DNA of 64,000 bases from Perna viridis (Eukaryota). The notes beneath the pieces were generated by a model. It saw nothing but the letters and a program-made list of their open reading frames with translations, ran no database searches and was not told the origin of the DNA. The DNA is taken from positions 39,552,885 to 39,616,884 of the forward strand of contig CM074513.1 in the NCBI GenBank assembly GCA_037379345.1. The letters run 5' to 3'. The position numbers were made by a program, and so were the translations under genes. This document shows positions 1 through 12,386 of the stretch, piece after piece (the stretch's first letter is position 1; every line of letters begins with the position of its first letter).

Positions 1-632
1 TCATCTATATAGCGGAAACTGAGATTGAAGGATCTAGCCAAACGATATTCTTTCTTTCTGATCAGATCAGCTATAAAGCCAGCCTCATAAGAGTGAAGGA
101 ATAGGTCAGCAAGTAAAGGAGCACAATTTGTTCCCATTGGAATGCCGACCGTTTGTTGAAAAACACGTCCACCACACTGGACAAATATGTTGTCGATTAA
201 AAATTCAAGCATTTTGTAAACATCTTCCTCTGTATATTTGGAAGATGATTTGGAATTATTTCTTACAAAGTATGAGGAATCTCTACCAAGAACTATATAC
301 TTGTATCTAGGTGTACCATCTATTTTGGAAAAACAACGATTATAATGTTTTTAAGTCGGGATGTTAACTGAGTATGGGGAATAGAAGTATACAGTATTGA
401 AAAATCATAGGTTTTAATGCTATTATATTCAGATAATAGTCTTGAACTGATTGTCTCCAAAAGATCTTTCGAATTTGTCAGGATCCACATTGAATTAATA
501 CCACTACGGGAGTAACAAGTGTTGTGGTAGGACTGTAGACCCTCTTTGACAGTTGTGAGTATAGAAGTTAAAAGTTTTGAAAGAGGTTTGGTGGTACATT
601 TTGCAGATCCAGCTATGAAACGTTGTTTGTAA
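1..632 (-). mobile_element. Penelope-like retroelement RT fragment (5'-truncated, frameshifted, runs off left window edge)
   Basis: Minus-strand translation gives YKQRFIAGSAKCTTKPLSKLLTSIL...SIKTYDFSILYTSIPH and GIPMGTNCAPLLADLFL...FRYID at the window edge. Near-identical to 39380-39910 in the opposite orientation. A 1-nt loss near 342 (ATA-ATC versus ATACATC in the other copy) breaks the frame. Confidence 0.85.
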
Positions 633-3527
633 ACTGACCGATACATCGTACATAATTATTATCTTATATGTTAAAATCAAAACTATTTACTAGTACTTCT
701 TCACCAAATGTAAGGATAAAGTACCGTTCAATTTTTTGTTTGATTGAAATTGAGAATTACAGATGATTTTCTAGCATACCCACATGTTTAAGTTTGACCA
801 TGGTATCAATTGGAACTTACTTCATGTGCATTTCTGACTGGTAATGAATATAATAGTTGTTGTTTAGATTTTAACAAGATTTAGGTAGAATACTATAAAA
901 CTTCAAAGTGAATTGTATTGGACATTCATGTTATCCTTTTACACCTCCAAGTCCCAAAACGTCGTTTTTATCAGTAACTACATCTGACAAACATAGAGAT
1001 AAGCTATTAACTTGTCCAGTTTATCAAATTTCAGTGGTTATAGCATGGAGTTGACCTTAGATGTATGGTCAGGGAAAAGGTCCGACCAGGTCATCAACGT
1101 GGTCAAAATATCTTAAAGTAATTTGTCTTTGTGTAAAACACCACTTTCAAAAACACTATTGAAATAATTAGACAGTAAAAGGGGAATATATCTCTTTAAA
1201 ATGCATGTGGTCATTTTATGGTCATCTGGAGCGTGAATTGTCCGGAGTTTGGTGTCAACCTAAGGCCAGATCTGGACAATTGAATATAATGTCGATTGGA
1301 TTTGAATTGAAGTACGTTGCTTGATGTAAAATAGGTTGCTTTGTATAAGAATTTATATGTGGGAAACTAGCTGACCTAAGGGTCGTGACATCAAGTGTCC
1401 AGTGAAAATAATGACCACTAGTGCTGTCCGGCAGGGGTCAGAGAAAGGCTTTAGGATGCTTTTGATTGCGACGATAATATTTTAATGAGTCACGGTAAAA
1501 TTTAATCTATTACAGGTGAATTCATAAAATTTTGACTGTAATCAATTATCTTCCACCAAACTTTTCAAAACTCATGAGAAAATTTTAAAACCAAACAATG
1601 AAGTCAGGTTTAACTCAAATTTGATTATAATTATGTGGTTTTGATGACACGGACGATTCGCACCGCTCTCTGATAGACTGTTAGTGATAATTAAATTCAC
1701 ATACCTACAAAACCGTCACACGTGATCATTATACTTTATACTTTTTCTTCATTTTTATAAATTGCCAAAAGAGCAAGAAGTTATGCAAATATTGTACATA
1801 AAATAATCGTTACAAAGATACTCATCCATGGTGAATCGGTGAAACATTGCCTTTCTGGAAATAACATAAACTATGAAGAGTTATCAATGCTATTCAGATT
1901 TTTCCGCGAACCAATGTTTTTTAATGGCTCTCAAATCGAAGTAAACTACATTTGGCCCCAGTTCTTGTTAGTTACATTTGATTTTTTTTTCAGTTATGAG
2001 TTACGCTTTCCTTCTGTACGATTTGGTTTTTTTTAAATTCAACATATTGCCGAAAAAGCCAAAAATCCGATTAGTTAGAGAACAAAGTCAATACAGATAG
2101 TTTCTTTAATAATTGTATTCTTTGATCGCCTGTGAAGTTGTTTATCAAATTACTTTTAGAATGTTAGCCATGTTCAACATGACTGTCTCTCTTTGAATTG
2201 CCATGTTGTCTTTGTATAGTAATTGTTACGATCAACTGTCCGTAGCTGACCAGTAGTTACAGTTGCTAGGTTTTGGTAATTTACAGGAAAACTCAGCGGT
2301 CTCCGTTTTCATTCGTAATTCTTTACATTCTTTGTTAAAGTACTTTGTCGACGTGGTGTGATTTCTCTTTTTTTAAACATAATTATCTTGTTGCAATTGC
2401 AGGGTTTTCACTTCATTCAATTAATGCAATGGAAATGCATTGTTGCTGGTAAGCATAACTCATTTCTTTTTTTTAAATTAGAGATGGGTTTTGAAAGAAA
2501 ATGCGCCTTAAACGTTAAAACAGTCCTCTGTTTTATTTAAAATTAAGATATGTACTTTCAATGCTTTTTTTTACTCTAGGTGGTAGCATCGTAGACGGTG
2601 CATGTGCGGCAACTTTTAAACAACACAGACAGCGTGTTAGTCCTTTTGGCTACCCTCACTCGCACGTGCATTCAATTAAAACTTTATCAGAGGCGTTCGT
2701 TTTATACACATCTTAAAACCTATCTTAATCATTTGCATACGTCTACCATTAAAATGAAGCTTTTTTATCGCTGAAGTTATCATAAAACTGCTAATTTTCT
2801 GTTTAAAATGATATATTTCTGTCAAAAATCGCAAATACTGTGAAACATTATGATTGTTTAATTCTGGTAGACATTTATTGTTGGTAATCAACAGGTATGA
2901 TGTATGTATTTTGGTGGAAAGGTGTCAAACTTCGAAATTAACAAAAAGTATAAACGTAATTTGAGTGATGGTTTATGTATCAATAAATAAATGGTTGATT
3001 AGGTATGGGGAAACACACACGTACATTTCAACACTTTTTTCTTTCATTATTTCGTGCATGACTTTTATTTTCATAATTTTGACAGATGCAATACCGTTGC
3101 AATTTAAGCTCCAACCCAAACTATGTGGTATTAATAGTAAAAAGTAGATCAAGGGGAACCTTAGTTACAAAGAGACTTATGTAACTGGAGAGTTAACGGA
3201 TAAATTCTAATGATAAAAAAGTAATCATACAGACTTTAACTATAACGTATTCCCTACAAAAAACTTTGGAAGAATTCCGGTATAGAGAGTTTTGAAAAAA
3301 TAGCAATCGAGATGTATGCAAGTTTAATAGATCCATTCAAAAACTGTTTTACTATCATACATGTATATAAAAGACGTTTTTAGGATTTCATTGTTCTTGC
3401 TTTACTATCTGAACACAGTTTTTATGAGTGTCAGTTTTCTCAGGAGATTCCCAGAAAAGATATTTAAATGTATATTACCATATGAAGCTTATTGACACAG
3501 AAATGACATTTTCGGGTTTTGAAACCA

Positions 3528-3551
3528 TGTGTATGTGTGTGTGTGTGTGTG
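3528..3551. repeat. (GT)n microsatellite
   Basis: tgtgtatgtgtgtgtgtgtgtgtg read directly. Confidence 0.85.
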
Positions 3552-6500
3552 CGACCCGTTATCTTCATCTTCAGTCTGACACCTAACTCGAGGGACCGAA
3601 TTTAATAATCTTCGACGCTCACTATAGCGGACAATAACTAAATCATAATTACATGTATGTATATATCCGATATGCATCTATAAACCAACGAACTGCCCAA
3701 GAAATTCGATTATTCTATAGAGATTCCATAATGCACAAAGGTTCAAGGGAAAATTCAGTTCTGTCATAAATGTCAATTTCTATCCACCACAACAAGTAAC
3801 TGTGAATCTTGTCAATCAACTTTGGCATTACCTACACGGCAGGCCAAATGAAATAAATTACTCTTTGTGTTACAACACTAATGAAAAGATGGATAGCTTT
3901 CAGTTCAATTATTATTATGAGTGGATCCCTCAGAGAAGGGAAAGGAATATTTTTCAGCGTAGTGTTATGAGGCAGGGTACCCATAATGTGATTACATGCT
4001 GTATAACATAGAAGGGTTTTAACAGTAAAGTCATCTGTATAATTGTGTTTTCTTGTTAAATAGATGCGTCGGTTAATATGGATCAGTTAAAGAGGTTAAT
4101 GGCATCAACATAAACATCAATGACTATAAAAGCTTTCTGCATAAAATGAGGTAACACGTAGAAAATGATAAATTTCGTAATGCATAAGGAGACGGTTCAT
4201 ATCATGCAAAGTACATCTTTGTTTTGGTTCTCCACCGTTATATAAATATAGAGTAATATTATGCACATTTCAAATTGTTTTCGTATACAATCACGTCCCA
4301 TTTCATGCCAAAATATTTATAGTGATCAATTATAGTATTATAAAAATGATTTTCGAAAAAAAAGAGAAGAAAAAAAAACCTTTTAAAGAATCAATGATGA
4401 CGATGATAATGATGATGATAACACACTAAGAAAACCACTGCTACCATTAAAGTTGCGTTACACCAATAAATGTATGCTGGCTTTGAACAGTTCTCCGAAA
4501 ACAGCATTCATTGTAAGACACGATGCACGCTTTTGATTACATTTGCCTTTCTGAAGCTAACACATAATCATTATTAGAATGACCATCCACTTCAAGCTCT
4601 CATGTTAACAAGATGGGATATTTATGGTCATTCATACTGACCACTGTGTACACAAGAGGGTTGAACTATCGTCTGGAAGCTGATAATGGACTAACGAGAT
4701 TTAACGAGATCTTCAATTAATGCGCACAGGAACCAATCGACCGTTAATATTAATTTAATGGAAATACTGATAGAAGGCAATTCAGCTTGATAGAAGTGTT
4801 CTTCGGGCATTCAATGGTCAAGGCGATAGTACCGTGGTAATAAATTAGTGATAAGTGGCCATTGAGTCCGGTAATAAATGGAGCTGGTGAAATATGGAAG
4901 TGTCAGTGGCCAGGAAATAATCATCTCTGCTTTATGTTAAATTCCAATGTCATGTAATTCAACATTGATTACTCAAATAAACCAAACAGAGAACAGCGAA
5001 AGGGATCACCGAAAAACCACTAGTATTGTAAGGTATTATATCTTGAAAGATATGCAAATGCCAATGAAAGGACATGAAAGAGGATTACAGTGATGAAGAC
5101 CTTCTCTAAAATTTCAATGACTATTCAAACATTTGATGGTTTTCGGTGAATCAAAGTATTACTGATTTTGATTATTCACATAAATCATTCTTTTGATGTT
5201 TAAAATATCTTTTTTTTTTCATTTTTCTTGTAAACATTTTTATGTTTGTGGAACATGTTCAATATAAAGAACAAGACAATGAATACTACATATTGACCTG
5301 AGTTACATATTTTGATATATCCTTCTAATTAAAACAATAATGAATTAGATAAAATAATTAGATAACGAAGTTAAAATCTAGGACATTACTTGTGAAGATA
5401 ATTTTAGTCAAGATGTTAAGAATGCAATTATTTTGTTCTTGAAAACTTTGCTTAATGCTTCATTATAAAGTATTCTACATATATGCATCTTTTTTTCATT
5501 CACAAAGAATGTTACTACAGCCATATTTTGCTAACAATAGAAGTGTAAACATAAACTTTTGAAATAAATGTACAGATTTACCGGAACAGATTTTTGTTCG
5601 AAAAAGCGAATATACTGTAGCCAAAATATCTAGTGCAGTGTAAGCTAGCAATGATTTGTGACAAATTGCCCGATTTGAACGAAAATCATATTTTATCTTT
5701 TTTTTTTTTGGGGGGGGGGTTGTTAATTAGCTGGATCACACATAAAATATCTCAATTCATCTAAATATAAAGTAATGGCATTTTTTTTTCAAGAAAATTG
5801 ATACTAGCTTTCATTGCATACATTTTGGAACAGGACTACATTTGTATATGCATTTTTGAAATCTTGTTTTTGACTGCTGTAGATTTATTCTAAGATATGT
5901 TGTTTATACTTTTGTTGTTAATATTATATAGAATTTATAAACAGTTTTTCTTAAACTTGTGTTTTAAATACAAATAAAGTTGCTTGTATTATTAAAACTA
6001 TGAATGCATACATCTGATTAAGGAATGTCCTAGATATTTACTTTAGCTGAACCTTACCCACATTGACAAACGAATCATGCAAATATTACGAGATCATAAA
6101 AATGTAGAACTTTTTAACAGAATAAATATATGCGAGACACGTATTATCCATTGTTTATTCATGTTTAAATATATGTCAAGTAAATATTTTTTTTCTTACT
6201 GTGCCGTCCAAGTTTACACATGTACAAAAATTGCATAAAAAATAAATTAAATTCCCTGAAAAGGTTGGGTAGTTGCACCCGACCTCTAGACAAAACGTTC
6301 ATTCATTATCATAATGACATTAAGTTTATAAAGACCCATCATCATCTTACGTTTGATATATGTATACCCGATTAAAATACCATCACGTATCGAGGATGAC
6401 GGGTATTTGAATACCCATTGGTGAAATACCGGAGTAACTAAATTCAATTTTGACCCTGAATTAAATGTATGTCAATAAGTCTCGATGACTTAAATAACCC

Positions 6501-6765
6501 AGACTAAACAGAAAAGTAAAATGAGCACATTATAGCATTATTGACGTGCTCTATGGTCGCAGGCAAGGTCAGATTGGCACGAACAAGGATATCTATACCA
6601 CCACAAATATTTACATGTATAGAAAATTGAATTGTACCTGAGGTAGGAAGCCATCGCCAAATGATTTGGTTTTTTTCTTAACTCATAGTACAAATTTATG
6701 ACCAATTACTATATATTTTATAATTGTTCATTTCCAATACTTTTTTTTCATACAGAGTTACTACA

Positions 6766-7010
6766 GAGTGTAATCAAGGGAACCGAGATTCGAGCAGAAA
6801 TCGAAAGAATTCATTCGAAGGATAAAGACCTGACAGGGAAAACAGACACACGCAACAAAGGACACGATATAATCAAAATAACACGTACGATGAAACGAAA
6901 GTAAATGAGCAACCGGACTCCAGTAACAACAGGAGCATGGATCAGGTTCACTGGTAGTTTTGTTATATAGTTAAGTCACATAAGTCTTTCGGTGATGACC
7001 AAGATACGAG
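6766..7010 (-). mobile_element. PLE 3'-terminal non-coding fragment, diverged
   Basis: gtaatcaagggaaccgag...aaagacc...gtaaatgagcaaccggactccag...ggagcatgga is the reverse complement of the 3' segment at 40380-40648. Confidence 0.75.
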
Positions 7011-8068
7011 GCAGACTTCAGTGTCCACAGAGACTCTGTTGTTTGATGAAATGAAAATAGTATCATGAATATTTAGTTTTTGATAAAAACACAAGTAATA
7101 ACTTCCCAGGTGTCGCGGTCTTTTTAATTTGCTACCATTCGCTTAATGTTTTATGTCTACAGCTACATTTATGTCTTAAAAATGGCGATTATAATTACAG
7201 CGTTATGAAATCATTGAAAAAAATTAAAAGTCCTGAAAGAAGGTATTATATGAATGACATTTCGCCTTTTCGATCTTTTTCGTTCACTAAATTTTGATAC
7301 CTAACAAATTTCAACTTAAACCCTGTTATATTATATCAACCATTGTATATGTAGACTCGAGGATATATACGTACAAGTCGGAATATGATAACCAACCAAG
7401 CATTTTGTGAAAAAAAAACATTATTATATACCCCTAACTACCCCAATATTATTCCATTGCCATTATATAGACATACCAGGCGAATATAAAATTTTAATTT
7501 TATTCACCTCATCAACCACTGAGTGCACCAAACATGATTGATATTTATAATTGTCTACTTGGTGAATTTCTTTATTGACCAGTGGAACTTCATTTGAACC
7601 GTGATTACAATCACTGATCGATGTTAAATACCTAAATCATACCTTTAAATGCAGAGATATATCTTTAACCTGGGTCTACTAAGGTCATGACAGGTCCGAC
7701 CCTGGGTCATTGTGGCTTGTCAACAAAGATGCGGGTCATTCAAGTCACTCATTTAGTATCACGTTAAGTGGTATATTATCAAAGTCTAAAGTGAACAACC
7801 GTAAATATTCGCGTGGAACATTTTACTAAAAAATGTCGATACTTCCTACCAAATTCCGTAATTACAAGACTATATTAACTATATTATTTTAACCCAGGGA
7901 AATAATTTTTAGAACGAATTTCATTCGATCGCACTTGTACCTAAACTGAAGACTAATTATCAAATTTGCTCTATTTTCCAGGTAAAAGTCAGATAAATGT
8001 AGATACATTAAGTTACAAGTAAATAGTTTTAATGATTTTTTTCATACAAAGATGTAAGCCTCGGATGG

Positions 8069-8975
8069 AAGAATAATCAGGGGAACTAAGATTCGGGCGG
8101 AAATAAAAAAAAATAATATATTCCAAGGATAAAGACAGGGTAAACAAACATACACGACAAAGGACATGAAATATTCAAAATAACACCTACCAAAAACAAA
8201 ACAAAAAACAAACAAAAAACAAACAAAAAAAAACAAAAGGAATCAAGTAACTCGGACTCCAGTAAAACTCGTAGTATGGGCCAGATGGACCAGTAGGGTA
8301 AGCGGCTTCCGCTTTTCTAGAAACATCTGACAAGTTTCTCATTAAATGCCACGTCCAAGATAGACGAAAAAGGAAAGGGAATCTATGACAACAAATTGAT
8401 TCTCAAGGTGCAGATTGATATACATAGTGATCCACGAGTTCACGATGACGACCATAAAACTGTAGAGGTGATTTCTATCTTGCAGCAATATAACCCTGTT
8501 CCAGATGCCTACTTGTACGAAGTCTAGCTCGGTACAAAATGTCCGCGAAGTTTCTGATATAACGTATGAGTTGTGATAGGAATACTACACACGCAAGTGT
8601 TGAACGGATGTTGCCACAAATGAAAGGAAAATTGACAATATGAAATGAGTCATCGCGTTTGTCGTATAGTTTGGTAATGCGATCTCATAGGTGTTGATGC
8701 AATAATATTCCAATTTTTAATCTAGCATTGAGCGTTCCAAGAGGATCTTTTTTCAGGATCTCAATTGCATTGATACCACTAAGAGAGTAACACGTGTTGT
8801 TGAAAGACTAAGGACCTTCTTTGACAGACATAAGTATAAAAATTAATAGTTTCGTAAGAGGCTTTGTAGTACATTTTGCGGATCCAGCAATGAAGCGTTG
8901 GTTTTATGGATTATTGTGGAGTTCTGGAATCAAATATATGGACGAAAACGCACACAATCATCGTCTTTATGGATT
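8069..8975 (-). mobile_element. Internally deleted, degraded PLE (3' UTR, RT C-terminus and RT N-terminal piece)
   Basis: 8069-8400 matches the PLE 3' segment (gtagggtaagcg...ttctagaaaca). 8420-8680 matches the ISQLIRY and YDKRDD region. 8750-8935 encodes a decayed IPELHNNP*NQRFIAGSAKCTTKP, homologous to 480-630. Confidence 0.8.
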
Positions 8976-8990
8976 TATGGTTTTTCACTA

Positions 8991-9187
8991 CTGTGAAAGT
9001 ACTATTGTTCGTGGGGTACCAATTTTCGTGGTATTCGTGGGTAGATCAAACCACGAAATTTAGCTCCCAACGAAAATGAGATTTCCTTTGATGTGTATAC
9101 TGGTAATCACGAATTCAAGAATCCACGAACTTTTGTTTCTTCCTAATCCACGAAAGTTGTCATCCACGAATTAAAGTACTTTCACAA
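8991..9187. mobile_element. MITE, Tc1/mariner-type (TA target duplication)
   Basis: TA|CTGTGAAAGTACT...AGTACTTTCACAA|TA terminal inverted repeats, internal TTCGTGG/CCACGAA subterminal repeats, no ORF; second copy at 16204-16404. Confidence 0.85.
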
Positions 9188-9202
9188 TATTTCTTTGAAA
9201 AG

Positions 9203-9393
9203 TGTGTTTCTAGAAAAGCAAGAAGAGGACGCTTACCCTACCAGTGCACTTGGTCCATGCTCATTTGCTTTTGTTACTTTGTATGTATGATTTTACTTAC
9301 TTATGTTCTTTGTCTGTTTTCCATGTCTGATCTTTGTCCCTGGATTACATACTTTTGATTACTGCTATAACCTTGGTTCCCTTGATTATTCTT
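9203..9393 (+). mobile_element. PLE 3'-terminal non-coding fragment
   Basis: gtgtttctagaaaagca...gaggacgcttaccctaccagtgcac...ccttggttcccttgattattctt matches 40428-40648. Confidence 0.85.
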
Positions 9394-10463
9394 TCAACAA
9401 GGAGAAACTACACGCCAGGAATACATAAGAACCATTGCTAACTAGTTTGTTGCCAGAACAGACCTGTAAACTGATTGCTGGTCATACATAGGGCTTTTAT
9501 GATGATTTTAAGATGACTAATTAGTGTTGTAAATGCGTATTAACCATTTTAGCATCAAATGACTTATTCTGCTATAAACCCTATTTCAACCTCCCCGATG
9601 TAAGCAGGGGTAACAAATAATGCTGGGGAACGGAAGGAGTACAAGTAAAATAATGATATATAAAAAGTATAACTGCATAGATAATATTGAATTCATCTGT
9701 AATTGCCTCTAATATAATAATTTACTTTTGCAAATGAAATACTAATTGGCAAAAAGGCAATGCGTCGCATCAGAGTTCTTAGATCATAAGACAATGATAA
9801 AGTCGAATAGTTTATATGTAAATGAATATAAATACATTTATTACCATAATATCTTCCCTTGAAAGTTCGCTACAAACAACTTGAAACACAGTTAACACCA
9901 AACACGTCGTGAGTTTTAACACAGAACATGCAACCCATAATACTTCATAACAGACGAACATTAAAACCATTACAAATCATTACAGAGGAATATGTGACAC
10001 AAAGCAATCCAGATTTAGGAAAATATAACCTATGTGAATCGTAACGGGTAGTATTCAACATGAAGAAATTAAACGAAGAGCGAATCTTGACAGGGAATAT
10101 TTAACCTTTAAAAAACAGAAAGAAGGAAAAATGCAACCAAAAGTGAATTTGAATACGAAAAGGAACAGGCTAGCTATATCTATTTAAATTAGTGAGGACA
10201 ATCATATTTTACCACAACACTTAAATAAGCCTTTATCAAGCGAAAATTGAAGATACAAGAACTTCTCAGTGAATTGTAACAAGACAATACAATCTGCATA
10301 GAGTAAAACTTACGTATGAATTCATTCCGTCATTGCTAATGTAAATGGAAAATGTTTGACGTAAAATAAACGCAAACAAGATTATTATGTTTAATAAAGT
10401 AAATCATTTTACATAAACAAAATATTATAGTTATAATAATAATATTTCAGATCCATCAAATAC

Positions 10464-10830
10464 TAATAGGATAATTAATTGGAAAGCGTGAATAACCAAA
10501 ATATCATCACGAGTGCCGAAAAACGCATAGATTTAACGAGTGTGTGTAACTTGTTCCGCGCACAAGTTGAATCCTCAAGCGTTCTTGGCACGAGTGATAC
10601 TATTTTGGTTATTCACGATAACCAATTGATTATCCTATTTATTATATAGATTTTCTTCAAAATTTATTGAAATTTTCAATATGAATTTTACATTCTGTGA
10701 TTGGCGATTGATATTAAAGTTGTGACGTTATGGCGGGAGAAAGTGCGAGAGTGAAATTATCGAATTTATTTCACAGTGTGAATTAACAAAATTCATTCCA
10801 CTGGGAACATTCGATAAAACACTATATAAT
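10464..10830. mobile_element. Palindromic non-autonomous DNA element (fold-back 10464-10641 plus short inverted repeat ATTATATAG...CTATATAAT); Crypton-like assignment tentative
   Basis: The arms taataggataattaattgg...cgtgaataaccaaaata and tattttggttattcacg...ccaattgattatcctattta are reverse complements. 9-bp inverted repeat at 10641-10649 and 10822-10830. The family assignment rests on recollection only. Confidence 0.5.
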
Positions 10831-11547
10831 ACTGGTTGATAAACAGAATTCCGACCGATAGTTCTACGCTATATGAGGAGACAATGACTTACTAATGTAA
10901 GTAGGCAATAGCAAAAGAATTGACTCAGTAGAAATCGACGGTAGATGTGAAAAAACTTTTTCGCTATATACAAAGAAAGGTTTGATGGACGTACCAAAGA
11001 ATCATGCACACTATGGCAAATGAAGAAATCAATATCCAAATAAAAGAACATCTTTTCATAAAATTAAATTCCCACATAAGGTGATATTTAATTATCATTC
11101 AAGCTTACTCTCCCTTTTTTATTACGACAATAATTATCAGATAGTGCGCTATCATTAAGACTTGGAACGGAGCAAAGTGCGACCTTTTGTTTACAAACAA
11201 AGACAAATACCAATAAAAAAGTCGATGTTATCTTTCAAAAGCGCGGAACGCCGTTTATGAAAACCTCATCTTTATTTTTTCCCGGAAGACACGCATCTTT
11301 ACCGGAAACTTTAAAAGTGCGAAAACTCCGAGAAAATTTTCCAGTAAATTAATCTTCACTCCGAACTACAATGTAAAACGTTAATTCACATCATAAACTT
11401 CACATTTGTAGCTTTTTGTGATATTATTGAGCATGTAGTGTTAAGTCGTCAATACCTAATTGGAATCGGTCGATACGACAAACTCACTTTAAAATCATTT
11501 ATACAGAATTAACAAGCACAAAGACACTCGGGTTTTGTTTAGTACTC

Positions 11548-11701
11548 ATGATGAAGCTCAAAGATATAGACTCAGCTAAAGACAATACCTCAGAAGGAAC
11601 CAACAAAACCTCTGAAACAACAAAGGAGGAGATCAACAGAACCTCTGAAACAACAAAGGAGGAGAGAAAGATGGTATTGATTGTTCCTTTGCCAGTAAGA
11701 G
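11548..11701 (+). other. Candidate coding exon (MMKLKDIDSAKDNTSEGTNKTSETTKEEINRTSETTKEERKMVLIVPLPVR, phase-1 donor)
   Basis: 51 open codons plus 1 nt, ending at AG|GTAAGC (GT at 11702). Contains an in-frame 30-bp tandem duplication. Acceptor-like TTTTGTTTAG ends at 11542. No homology recognised. Confidence 0.3.
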
Positions 11702-12323
11702 GTAAGCATCAAATATTGTAATGTATTAGTGTGGTACTTTTACCTGTAACCTTTTTTGTCTGCTGAATGTTAGTTGTTATTCTATGTTGATTCGTTGTCC
11801 GATTCATATCGACGATTCATCAATAGTTATTTCGGGTCATTTTCGCGTTCCGATATATACCTTGCATGTTAGCATTGACAGGATCGATAATACAAGTTTT
11901 CAATGATGCTGCTACGCATCCTTGAATCCACCACTGGCAGTGATTACTTTATTTACATGTATCTTTATTGCAAGATGAGTAAACAGCAATACGTACTTTT
12001 TTATGTTGCCTTATATTATTGATAAGATATAACAAAACTGGAAATTAGTTTCTTAAAATGTGCTAGGTAAAATACTGTATAACTTTAATGCTAAATGGGG
12101 CATTGAACATTAAAGTTAAAAATAGGATAACATAATGTTTGATCAGGTATAATTAAACTTAAAAGTTTTAAACACCCCAATTCCATTTCACTTTCGTTAT
12201 AACGAGAGAAGAAAACCAAAGTAAATTGTTCTGTGTGTAATTTTCATTGAAAAAAAATGACACAAATCTTATCGTGAAAACTTCATATAATGAAATAGGA
12301 ACAAATAGAACACCGATTCGAAA

Positions 12324-12325
<2 letters not shown>

Positions 12326-12386
<61 letters not shown>
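12326..12386. repeat. (TAA)n microsatellite, about 20 units
   Basis: read directly. Confidence 0.95.

Noticed and set aside
128-310. 60-aa ORF duplicated at 39599-39781
   Set aside because: Antisense shadow of the PLE RT
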